In this document: in pieces, positions 15,613 through 24,593 of the stretch
Layout: every line of letters starts with the position of its first letter
Numbering within the stretch: the stretch's first letter is position 1
IMG/VR virus record: IMGVR_UViG_3300020044_004283
Coordinates: 1-24,753 of that record
Direction: 5' to 3' (one strand)
Source of the DNA: a virus
Taxonomy: Duplodnaviria; Caudoviricetes
Length of the DNA: 24,753 nt
Made by a program: the position numbers and the translations under genes
The notes under the pieces: model-generated
What the model saw: only the letters and a program-made list of their open reading frames with translations
Told to the model about the DNA's origin: nothing
Databases searched by the model: none

Positions 15613-15623
15613 GGATTTAGAAC

Positions 15624-15956
15624 ATGGCAGTTACAGTTAAAAATATCATACCGGCGCGGTTATGTGTCACCGCGTCAACGGTTCAATATACCGCCTCATC
15701 GGGCAAGGTTATCATTGACAAGTTCACCGTGACCAATACGTCCGGTTCGGCTCAAACCATCAACGTCCATCTTGTGCCACCGGCGGGAATTGTTGGCGTC
15801 GGCAATCGCATCACAAGCGTTACAAGCGTTGCGCCGGATGAATCCAAGACGCTAACCGAACTCATAGGCCATGCACTAGAGGTTGGCGGCACGATTGTTA
15901 CATCATCGAGCGCATCATCGTTGACAATTATGGCAAGCGGGCGGGAAATCACATAA
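15624..15956 (+). CDS. Small virion structural protein (110 aa)
   Basis: MAVTVKNIIP...IIDKFTVTN...ELIGHALE...ASGREIT. AAGGA RBS. Confidence 0.8.
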   Translation: MAVTVKNIIPARLCVTASTVQYTASSGKVIIDKFTVTNTSGSAQTINVHLVPPAGIVGVGNRITSVTSVAPDESKTLTELIGHALEVGGTIVTSSSASSLTIMASGREIT

Positions 15957-15991
15957 TGGGCTTGTCAATACCGCTCATAATGGGGTACTAT
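15952..15991 (+). promoter_or_regulatory. Candidate internal promoter with 9-bp direct repeats
   Basis: TTGTCA (15962-15967)-N18-TACTAT (15986-15991). CATAATGGG at 15952-15960 and 15976-15984. Confidence 0.55.
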
Positions 15992-16040
15992 GATACCGTC
16001 GAGGATATTCGCAGCCGACAGCAATCATGCGGAGATAGCC

Positions 16041-16481
16041 TTGAACGCCATTGAAACCCTCAACACAGCTTTTACCGACGTTCTGGAATTGCCAGCGGAT
16101 GCGACCGCATGGCTTCTTGATCTTTGGCGTCTTATTCAGGTGTTTGACGATATTGCGGACGGGGACAAGGTTGATCGCACTGATTTAGACGCAGCTATAT
16201 GGGCTAGCATGTCCGGTATGCCTTCAAATCAGTTTTTCATTAATCATTCTGGATGGCTAATCCCTGCTCAAACAACGGCGGTCCTAAAGTGGATGGCAAG
16301 CAATAGAGCCGAACGTGAGGGCAGGGCGGACGTTCGCTCATACAATTGGCGGGCGGGGTATTATGACGTGGTGTGCCTTGTCGCGGCGCTTGTGCACGGG
16401 CCTAATTCTGAAAAGTCAGAAATTGCGCTTGGTTTGTATGGCGAACGGTTGGCAGATTATCTAGGAGAATTCAATGCCTAA
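16041..16481 (+). CDS. Alpha-helical DDxxD-motif protein upstream of the ejection proteins
   Basis: LIQVFDDIADGDKVDR motif. GGAG RBS before the in-frame TTG 16041; the ORF-track ATG 15990 overlaps the predicted -10 box. Confidence 0.75.
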   Translation: MNAIETLNTAFTDVLELPADATAWLLDLWRLIQVFDDIADGDKVDRTDLDAAIWASMSGMPSNQFFINHSGWLIPAQTTAVLKWMASNRAEREGRADVRSYNWRAGYYDVVCLVAALVHGPNSEKSEIALGLYGERLADYLGEFNA

Positions 16482-17148
16482 TCCAATGCTATTGGTTGCA
16501 GGGGCGGGCGTCGCGTCAAGCGGCATTGGCGCAGCCGTCCAATATAGCGCAGCAAAGAAAGCATCAAATGCGCAATCAAAAAGCGCGGCGCAAAGCATAG
16601 CCGAGCAACGCCGCCAATTCGATGCAATTCAGAAACTTATGGCTCCATATGTCAAAACTGGAAACAAGGCGATTGCCGGTCAACAGAACCTTATCGGGCT
16701 AAACGGCGCAACGGCGCAACGGGCGGCAATTCAAGGTATTCAAGCCGGTCCCGAATTTGGCGCACTTGTACAGCAAGGCGAAAATTCGATATTGCAAAAC
16801 GCATCGGCAACGGGCGGGTTACGCGGCGGCAATACACAAGCGGCTCTTGCGCAATTTAGACCGGCGGTTTTATCCAATCTGCTTAACCAAAGATTTGCTC
16901 AATTGGGCGGGCTTGCAACGGCGGGACAGAATGCAGCGGCGGGTGTTGGCGTTGCGGGGCAGAATGCCGCGAATGCTATCTCGCAAGGCTATGCTGATCA
17001 AGGCGCTGCAAGGGCGGGCGGGGCTATCGCGCAAGGCAATGCAATTACGGGCTTGCTTGGGAATCTTAATCAAAACCTTGGCAATTTGGTATCCGGCGCG
17101 GGGCCGCGACCGGATGGGGCGGGCATCTTTAGCTCTTGGGGGTTCTAA
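16474..17148 (+). CDS. Ejection / DNA-transfer protein (P22 gp7-like)
   Basis: Ala/Gly/Gln-rich. EQRRQFD...MAPYV..GN and QNASATGGLRGGNTQAALAQF signatures. Confidence 0.88.
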   Translation: MPNPMLLVAGAGVASSGIGAAVQYSAAKKASNAQSKSAAQSIAEQRRQFDAIQKLMAPYVKTGNKAIAGQQNLIGLNGATAQRAAIQGIQAGPEFGALVQQGENSILQNASATGGLRGGNTQAALAQFRPAVLSNLLNQRFAQLGGLATAGQNAAAGVGVAGQNAANAISQGYADQGAARAGGAIAQGNAITGLLGNLNQNLGNLVSGAGPRPDGAGIFSSWGF

Positions 17149-18557
17149 TGGTATCGCCTATTCAATACGCAATGAGCGAATTTAATCCAGCCGAAAGCGC
17201 CATGCGCGGCCTTGCGCAAGGGCTGGCAACGCAACAGCAAGCGCAGACAATCCAGCAACAGGCGGCACAAGAGCAACGCTCGGCTCAAATGCACCCGCTT
17301 CAAATGCAAGCCATGCAGCTAGGGCTAGATAACACGCAACAGGGAATGCAGTTTGACGCGGCGCAAGAGCAACGTAATGCGCAAAAATTCCAGTTAGAGC
17401 AACAGCAAGCGCAGCAACAGGCCGAACAGCAAGCGCGGATGCAAAGCGCTTTAGGCGGACTTGCGAAAATGGGGAAGGCGGTCACGGCTGAAGATTACGC
17501 ACGGGTAGCGACTGAATTCCCTGAGTTGACAAATGAACTATCCAAAGCATTTGAAATGCAGGAAACTGGCGCGAAAGAGGCAAAGTTACGCTTGTATGGT
17601 CAAGCATATGCAGCAATCAGGTCCGGCAATACGCAAGTTGCGATTGATATGGTCAATAAGCAATTAGAGGCGGCAAAGAATAGCGGCAATCAAGAGGAAA
17701 TTGATCTTGCAACGGGCATGAAGCAACTTGTCGAAAGCAGTCCTGAAGCCGCTATGACGGCGCTAGGCGTCGCTTTATCGACATTAGGCGGCGATAAATA
17801 CACTGAGGTTTTAGGTTCAGGCCGCGTTCAAAGCACGGTTCCGGTTGGCACTGGCATTTCAGTGCAAACAATGACGGATGGAACTACCCGCGTTGTTGAC
17901 ACTGCAACAAATGAAATATTGACGGGTGAAGAAGCGCGGGTTGCAATCAAGACCGCGCAAGATGAAGAAACGGCGCGTATAAAAGATATTGCGGCAAGCC
18001 GTGAGGGTGGCAAACTCGAAACACAGATTGATTTAGGTGGTACGGCGGCGGCGGCAAAGAAAAGCGGCGAACTCACTGCAACGGCGGGTGCTGAAGCGGT
18101 TAAAGATGCAAACATCATTAACAAAAATCTTCGCACGATTGATGAGGCCATTGCGGCGATTGACGCGGGCGCGAATGCCGGTGCGATTGCTAAGTACTTT
18201 CCAAACATAACGGAAAGCAGTGCAAGCCTAAGAAATGCAATGGACCGCATGGGCTTAGATGTAGTCGCGGGTACGACTTTTGGCGCTCTAAGTGAGGCCG
18301 AATTGGCGCTTGCAATGGAAACGGCGGTTCCGCGAAACCTTGACGAAACTCAATTGAGAAATTGGCTTGTCAGTCGGCGTGAAGCGCAGTCCAAGGCAAA
18401 AGACATGCTTATGGACGCGGCTTCATTCTTGCTTGATCCGAATAATACGCTCAAAATGTGGGTTGATAAAAATAGGGCAGAAAAGGGCGGCGCAAGTCAA
18501 CCGGCAAGCCCTGCACAAGCTACGCCGTCGCGGCCTTCATACTTGCGGGGCGGCTAA
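17148..18557 (+). CDS. Ejection protein (P22 gp20 position)
   Basis: PIQY N-terminus, Gln-rich coiled coil, FGALSEAEL motif. Lies between the gp7-like and gp16-like genes. Confidence 0.8.
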   Translation: MVSPIQYAMSEFNPAESAMRGLAQGLATQQQAQTIQQQAAQEQRSAQMHPLQMQAMQLGLDNTQQGMQFDAAQEQRNAQKFQLEQQQAQQQAEQQARMQSALGGLAKMGKAVTAEDYARVATEFPELTNELSKAFEMQETGAKEAKLRLYGQAYAAIRSGNTQVAIDMVNKQLEAAKNSGNQEEIDLATGMKQLVESSPEAAMTALGVALSTLGGDKYTEVLGSGRVQSTVPVGTGISVQTMTDGTTRVVDTATNEILTGEEARVAIKTAQDEETARIKDIAASREGGKLETQIDLGGTAAAAKKSGELTATAGAEAVKDANIINKNLRTIDEAIAAIDAGANAGAIAKYFPNITESSASLRNAMDRMGLDVVAGTTFGALSEAELALAMETAVPRNLDETQLRNWLVSRREAQSKAKDMLMDAASFLLDPNNTLKMWVDKNRAEKGGASQPASPAQATPSRPSYLRGG

Positions 18558-21265
18558 TGTTTGATTATCGCACAAACCCTTATATCCAGCCTAAAATAAC
18601 CTTTCCAACATCGGGCGGATTGCAGGGCGGTGCTTTGCCTATGGCGCAACCTGTAAGCAATCCTTACACGTTCAAACCGAATTCGGTTAACCGAACACCG
18701 AATACGGTTAGTGAGCCGTCAAAGCCTGTTAAAAGTGGCCCTATTGCTGATATTATTGCGCGGGCAGCTGAAAAATATGGGCTTGATCCATCAACCATGC
18801 AGCGGATAGCCCAAATCGAAAGCGGCATGAATCCACGCGCTCAAAACCCAAATTCATCGGCGGGCGGATTGTTTCAATTTATCGATAGCACTGCAAAAGA
18901 TTACGGGCTAACCGATAAAATGGACGCGGTTCAGTCGGCTTATGCTGCGGCGCGTCTTGCGGCAGACAATCGGGAATATTTGCGTAAGACTTTAGGGCGC
19001 GACCCTACGGCGGGTGAACTTTATCTGGCGCATCAGCAAGGCGCGGGCGGTGCTGCTAAAATACTGCAAAACCCTAATGCGCTAGCGGTTGACGTGGTTG
19101 GTCAAGACGCGGTTCGTTTGAATGGTGGCAAGCCTGATATGACGGCGGGCGAGTTTGCACGGCTATGGACGCGCAAAATGGGAGACGAACCCAATAACGA
19201 TACAATAGCGGCAGGGTCCGGTTCTGACACGTTAGCAGGCGGTGAAGCAAACGACACATTCCAGCCAACGCCAGCCCAAATCCAAGCGACGTATGATGCG
19301 TTTATCAATGGCGAAATGACGCCAGAGGAAGCAACGGCATATCAGGCGGACGTACAAGCGGGGCGTATGCCAACACCGCAAGCATTGCCGGTTGCCAGCG
19401 ACATTACACCGGCGCAAATTCAGGCAACCTATGACGCATTCCAGCGCGGGGAAATGACGCCGCAAGAGGTTCAAGAATACACGGCGGACGTACAGGCGGG
19501 CCGCATGTCATTGCCAGCCGGTGCGACGTTATCGCCCGTTGCGCCGGTATCGCAAGAGCAAGCGGCTTCTGAATTTCTCAATGCCCAAAATCAAGGCTAT
19601 GGCGAAGCGGTTGATCAAGCGGCGGGCTTCCTAACGGGGATACCACGCGGCGCGGCTATGCTGGCAGGGTTGCCAAGTGATTTAGGCGATCTTGCGACAT
19701 CTGGGCTTAATTATCTTTTCGGTCTTGACCCCTTGCCTGAAAGCCCTGTTAACAGTCAAAACATGCTTAAATATCTAGGCGCGGCAACGGGCGGCCTTAC
19801 AAACAGGCCGTCAAATGCAGGGCAGCGCATAGGCGAATTTGTTGGCGCGGGCGGGCGCAACGTACCGCTTAGCCTCATTCAAGGATTGACCAGTGAGGGC
19901 GCGGGACAACTCGCAAAAGGGACGGATTATGAAAGCGCAGCGCGTATCGGCGGCGCTATATTGGGCGGTATTGGCGGCGGCGCGGCAACGGGCGGGGTTA
20001 AGTCTGCGCCAACGTCACCTAATCCGATTGTAGAGGCTGGCGGAAAGGCGGGGGTCAATGTTATGACTTCCGATATCATGCCGCCTAAAACGTGGACGGG
20101 TAAAACCGCGCAAGCCATTGGCGAACGCATCCCATTGGCGGGAACGGGTGCGCAACGCGCAACGCAAGCCTCGCAACGCAAAGCGGCTATTGTCGATATA
20201 GTCGCTCAATATGGCGGGGACGCGCCGCTTGATGACATTTTGAAGAATGTCAGTAATTCCCTGCTTTCAAAGCGTACTGAAGCGGTAAAGAAGTACGCAA
20301 CGGCAAAGAAAGAAGTTATCGGGCGTCTTTCATCCGCCGGTCCCGTTGACATGAAAAACACGCTTGCGGCGATTGATGATCAAATCGCGCCATTGGTTAA
20401 AATGGGAACGAAAGATTCAAAAGCCGTTGTTTCCAAACTGCAAGAATATTCCAAGGCTATCAAGGGCAAAGACTTGGCAACTATTGAGCGGTTGCGGGCA
20501 GAATTGGGAACGGCTTTTTCCGATGTAAACATGGCAGCGGGTATTCGTGATCAAGGCACAAAAGCACTAACTGCAATCTATGCGCCATTGCGGGATGATA
20601 TGGGCAATTTTATCAAAGCCAATGGGCAGCGCAATGACTATACAAAATGGATGGTTGCCAATAACCGCCTTGCCGATTTGACAGGTGAATTGAAAGTAAA
20701 TGCGCTTTCCAATGTGCTGAAAAATGCAGACCAAACGCCTGAGACAGTGGCTAAGCTGCTATTCTCAAACAAATCATCGGACGTTGCGCTTTTATATAAA
20801 AACCTTTCACAAGAAGGGCGATTGGCAGCGCAAAGCGCAGTGCTGGCGAAGGCTATGGAAAAAGCGGGCGAGGAAGTATCTTCACCTAAATTCCTGACAA
20901 GCCTTGACCAAATGGGCAGGCAAATCGGCATCGTATTTCAAGGCGCTGATAAGGAAGCCGTCAAAGGTTTTCAAAAGCTATTGCGAGCAACTAGCCGCGC
21001 TGATCAATCATCGGTTAGCCCGTCAACCGGTGCGCAAACCTTGCCGGTTATCGGCGGTGCTGGCGCGGCTTCGCTTATGGGCGGCGTTGTTCCCGGACTT
21101 GCTGCAATCGGGGCAACTGGTGGACTATTCCGCGTGTACGAAAGCACGGCGGGACGCAAGCTATTGCAAAAACTGGCAACGGTAAAAGTTGGAAGTCCTG
21201 AAGAATTTGGATTGCTTAATGACGTGCTGATAATGGCGCGGGAAGGAAATAAAGATGGCCGCTAA
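18557..21265 (+). CDS. Large ejection protein (P22 gp16-like) with N-terminal lytic transglycosylase domain
   Basis: IAQIESGMNPRAQNPNSSAGGLFQFIDST...ELYLAHQQGAGGA is SLT-like. C-terminal half has VMTSD..PP, ERIPLAGTG, TPETV and RVYES motifs. Confidence 0.88.
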   Translation: MFDYRTNPYIQPKITFPTSGGLQGGALPMAQPVSNPYTFKPNSVNRTPNTVSEPSKPVKSGPIADIIARAAEKYGLDPSTMQRIAQIESGMNPRAQNPNSSAGGLFQFIDSTAKDYGLTDKMDAVQSAYAAARLAADNREYLRKTLGRDPTAGELYLAHQQGAGGAAKILQNPNALAVDVVGQDAVRLNGGKPDMTAGEFARLWTRKMGDEPNNDTIAAGSGSDTLAGGEANDTFQPTPAQIQATYDAFINGEMTPEEATAYQADVQAGRMPTPQALPVASDITPAQIQATYDAFQRGEMTPQEVQEYTADVQAGRMSLPAGATLSPVAPVSQEQAASEFLNAQNQGYGEAVDQAAGFLTGIPRGAAMLAGLPSDLGDLATSGLNYLFGLDPLPESPVNSQNMLKYLGAATGGLTNRPSNAGQRIGEFVGAGGRNVPLSLIQGLTSEGAGQLAKGTDYESAARIGGAILGGIGGGAATGGVKSAPTSPNPIVEAGGKAGVNVMTSDIMPPKTWTGKTAQAIGERIPLAGTGAQRATQASQRKAAIVDIVAQYGGDAPLDDILKNVSNSLLSKRTEAVKKYATAKKEVIGRLSSAGPVDMKNTLAAIDDQIAPLVKMGTKDSKAVVSKLQEYSKAIKGKDLATIERLRAELGTAFSDVNMAAGIRDQGTKALTAIYAPLRDDMGNFIKANGQRNDYTKWMVANNRLADLTGELKVNALSNVLKNADQTPETVAKLLFSNKSSDVALLYKNLSQEGRLAAQSAVLAKAMEKAGEEVSSPKFLTSLDQMGRQIGIVFQGADKEAVKGFQKLLRATSRADQSSVSPSTGAQTLPVIGGAGAASLMGGVVPGLAAIGATGGLFRVYESTAGRKLLQKLATVKVGSPEEFGLLNDVLIMAREGNKDGR
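19268..19516 (+). repeat. Two diverged copies of a 37-codon unit, period 138 bp, in the ejection protein
   Basis: TPAQIQATYDAFINGEMTPEEATAYQADVQAGRMPTP versus TPAQIQATYDAFQRGEMTPQEVQEYTADVQAGRMSLP. Confidence 0.9.
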
Positions 21266-24200
21266 TTTCATCAACAAACAATATGAGGTTTTTACCGATA
21301 GAGACGGTACGCCGCTCTTGAATGGCTATCTGTACTTTGGGGAGCCTAATCTAAATCCAGAAACGCATCCCGTTACGGTCTATTGGGATATCGAACTGAC
21401 AATACCGGCATTGCAGCCAATCCGCACAATTAACGGATACGCGGCGCAAAACGGCAGTCCGGGCAAGCTATATTCGGACGGCGATTTTTCAATGCTTGTC
21501 AAAGATCACAATGAAGTTCTGGTTTGGTCAAGCCCTACTGCCAACATACCAACTACTACCACGGGCGGCGGCGGTGGTGGTGCGGTAGTATCTGGCATTG
21601 ATTATTATGTGCCAAGCACTTTGCAGGAAATCCTAACGACTGTTTACCCTAAGCCTGAAGCGCATGTTCTGGCATACATTCCAATGACGGGACCAAATGG
21701 GCACGGCTCGGCGTATGACGTGTCATTGTCAAACAATATCGTTACATCGGTCGGAACTCCAGTTGTTGATAATACATTCCCGCTTCACGGGCATGGCGCT
21801 ATGCTATTCGATGGCGTGTCTACGCTCACAATGGCAGATAGTGCGGTTTGGGCATTCATTTCCGATTTCACAGTTGATAGCTATTTCAGGCCGTCAACAC
21901 TTTCATCTGCAAGTGTTATTTGGTCGCATAGCACGGATGCAAACAACTATGCGCGGCTTGTGGTTAATATCAACGGTTCGGTTACATTTACAATTGTAGT
22001 CGGTGGCGTTGCTACAGTAACACTCACAACGGCGGCTTCCCTTGTGCAGGTAAACCAATGGTGCCACCTTGCGGTTATTCGATACGGGAATGTTTGGTCG
22101 CTGCAATTCAATCGTTGGGTTGCGGCGTCGGCAACGGTTGCCACAACGTATCCAAACTTCACCGGACTGTTTACTATCGGCGGACATCTAACGCCGTCGG
22201 CTAGAGGCCATATGGCTGAATTTAGAATACAGAACGGCGCTCATTGGCGTGATGGTGCACCAAACATAAACACGACCGCATTCCCTGATATGGAATACCA
22301 TGTATTTCCAATCCAAGGCGCTCAATTGCGCGGTACGGTTTGGTACAAGAATACCTCAAAGAATGTGCAGCTAACTGACTTTGGCGCGGTTGGCGATGGC
22401 GTGACCGATGACACAGTGGCATTCCGCGCCTTGCGCGACTATTGCGCTATTACGCAAGCCGTTATGACGGTTGACGCTTACTTTGTACATAATGGATACC
22501 CGAATGATTTATCATGGGTTATTCGTAGACCTCTACAAATTGAGGGGACGGGCCGCTTTAAGTCTGGGCTGATATTTAATACAGACAGGCGCAATGAAGG
22601 TTTGCACGATATGGCTGGCAACGTTCATATCAGCAAAGTAGAAATTCGTGTCTATATCCCGCAATCCATTCAAAATGGGCAGGGGACATACGGAACATGC
22701 TACACGGGCGGGGAAATTTATTATAACCCGCGATATGACAATGGCATCCTGCGCGAACCGCCTATTGTAATCGGGTCAACAATTCGCAATGCATGGCTTA
22801 CGCGACGCGCAGGAAGCGCCGCCGGTCACGCGGTCGCGTGTACCAGTCGGCATCATGGGTTGATTGAAGATGATGTTATTATCGAGGGCGCATCATCCGG
22901 CTCACGTCACGCAAATGGTCTTTTGTGCCATTGGGGAACTATAGGCTATGACTTCCCGCTTGATGCATCCGGCGTGATTATATCGCCGCTTGTGCTTCAA
23001 AAGACGGCTGGAACATACACCTATCATCCTCATAACGTGCACCAAAAACACATGATATTCCGTCAAGTATCCCGCGTTTTTCAAATGTCGGCTTCATATG
23101 ACATTTCACTCAATTACTTTGATTGGGATGGCGTCGATGATCTGACCACTTCTAACGGTGCGCAGCTTTTTGACTTTGTTATGGGTGATGAGGCGGACCG
23201 CTTGGCGCATCCTGAATCGAAAGGCAAGGTTTATGCTAATGTTGAAATAGGACACGGTACGGCGTGGAATGTTTCCGGTTCTGGTACAGGTTCACCTTCA
23301 ATTATGGACGCCACTGGAAATAGTACATCTAAGCTCGAAGATGATCCTGCCACCGGACTAAGATTGCAAGATCAATCGTTTGTGCCAAATCTTTATCTGC
23401 ACGATATCAACATCAGGGGTATCGCCACAGACTTGTCGGAAGGCATCGATATTCGCAACTTCTACGGCATGATTCAACTTGAACGAATTAAGTTGGATAT
23501 TCTTGCAAATAAGGACCGGTTGTTTAGCGAGGGTGTGGTAACTGGCGCAGTTGCTTTTGAGCAAATCAACGGAAAGATTGTGATCAATAACTGCAACTTC
23601 AAAGGCGGGCGCGTTCTGTTTAACAATGTGTCTGAATTTGCAATCAATGACACGACTATTGAGCATAGCCGATTTGGTTCTGTTCTGTTAACGCTTTCCG
23701 CGCCTTACGTGACCAATACGTTCAAAGTTGGCGAGACAGTCACGGGCGCGACATCTGGCGTTATAGGGCGCTTTATCGCGCAAGACGCGGCAAGTCGTAT
23801 TCTTGTCGAACAAACGAGCACAGATACCGCAACATTTGTTGCTGAAACATTGACCGGTTCGGGCGGCGGTAGCGTTACCGTAACGGCTAATACGGCGGCG
23901 GCGATTTCGGCTTTGAAAGTTATGGGCGAAAACAATAACTGTAGACTTGCAACGGCGGTTGCGAAAGGCGCAAAAATCCTTTCTTTGGCGTCAGCTATGA
24001 ATTTTGACGGGCAAACCGGCAACTTCACGATTGGTCAAGTTGTAACCGGCACAACGTCCGGCGCAACGGGCGTTATTGTCAATCAAGTTGATAGTGGAGT
24101 TACTGGCACACTATACGTTCGCGTTACATCAGGCACTTTCATTGACAATGAGGCAATTACGGACCCTCTAGGCGGCGCGGCATTTACCAACATTCCGGCT

Positions 24201-24593
24201 GGGCTAGTTGTAGGATTTACGAATGATTTGAAGGTTGGCGATAGAATTGAAGTCGTGGGTGGCGTGTTAATCGTTGCCGTGTATGCGGATTCAAGATCGT
24301 CAATCATACAAATCGAACCGGCTCCGATTGCCTTGGCGCAGGGTGCAGTTATGACGGTGTACAGAAAGTCAATCGGCACAATGACGGGGACAACTGTTAT
24401 CGGCGGGCGCTTTGGCATCGAAGCCGCTAACTCCATATTGGCGATGAATGATTGTGAAGTCACTAGGGCTGGTCTTTATGGTATTTTTGCTGACGACGAT
24501 GCGCAAGTCACTTTTTTCTCCCTATCATTCTTGCAATTGCTGCAATCAATGCAGCTAGCCAATTCGGTTTGGTTGTTTCATGTGGAACGCTAA
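21255..24593 (+). CDS. Tailspike: P22-type head-binding domain, LamG/ConA-like domain and beta-helix; native sequence probably interrupted at about 24510
   Basis: FTDRDGTPLLNGYLYFGEPNLNP...QPIRTING (head binding); DFTVDSYF...NQWCHLAVIR...GHMAEFRI (LamG-like); TDFGAVGDGVTDDT (pectate-lyase-like beta-helix start). The last 27 or so codons are the antisense of another gene. Confidence 0.88.
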   Translation: MAANFINKQYEVFTDRDGTPLLNGYLYFGEPNLNPETHPVTVYWDIELTIPALQPIRTINGYAAQNGSPGKLYSDGDFSMLVKDHNEVLVWSSPTANIPTTTTGGGGGGAVVSGIDYYVPSTLQEILTTVYPKPEAHVLAYIPMTGPNGHGSAYDVSLSNNIVTSVGTPVVDNTFPLHGHGAMLFDGVSTLTMADSAVWAFISDFTVDSYFRPSTLSSASVIWSHSTDANNYARLVVNINGSVTFTIVVGGVATVTLTTAASLVQVNQWCHLAVIRYGNVWSLQFNRWVAASATVATTYPNFTGLFTIGGHLTPSARGHMAEFRIQNGAHWRDGAPNINTTAFPDMEYHVFPIQGAQLRGTVWYKNTSKNVQLTDFGAVGDGVTDDTVAFRALRDYCAITQAVMTVDAYFVHNGYPNDLSWVIRRPLQIEGTGRFKSGLIFNTDRRNEGLHDMAGNVHISKVEIRVYIPQSIQNGQGTYGTCYTGGEIYYNPRYDNGILREPPIVIGSTIRNAWLTRRAGSAAGHAVACTSRHHGLIEDDVIIEGASSGSRHANGLLCHWGTIGYDFPLDASGVIISPLVLQKTAGTYTYHPHNVHQKHMIFRQVSRVFQMSASYDISLNYFDWDGVDDLTTSNGAQLFDFVMGDEADRLAHPESKGKVYANVEIGHGTAWNVSGSGTGSPSIMDATGNSTSKLEDDPATGLRLQDQSFVPNLYLHDINIRGIATDLSEGIDIRNFYGMIQLERIKLDILANKDRLFSEGVVTGAVAFEQINGKIVINNCNFKGGRVLFNNVSEFAINDTTIEHSRFGSVLLTLSAPYVTNTFKVGETVTGATSGVIGRFIAQDAASRILVEQTSTDTATFVAETLTGSGGGSVTVTANTAAAISALKVMGENNNCRLATAVAKGAKILSLASAMNFDGQTGNFTIGQVVTGTTSGATGVIVNQVDSGVTGTLYVRVTSGTFIDNEAITDPLGGAAFTNIPAGLVVGFTNDLKVGDRIEVVGGVLIVAVYADSRSSIIQIEPAPIALAQGAVMTVYRKSIGTMTGTTVIGGRFGIEAANSILAMNDCEVTRAGLYGIFADDDAQVTFFSLSFLQLLQSMQLANSVWLFHVER

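Noticed and set aside
24457-24512. 8-bp direct repeat AAGTCACT near the tailspike junction
   Set aside because: Explainable by beta-helix coil periodicity (EVT/QVT) and too short to call a target-site duplication.
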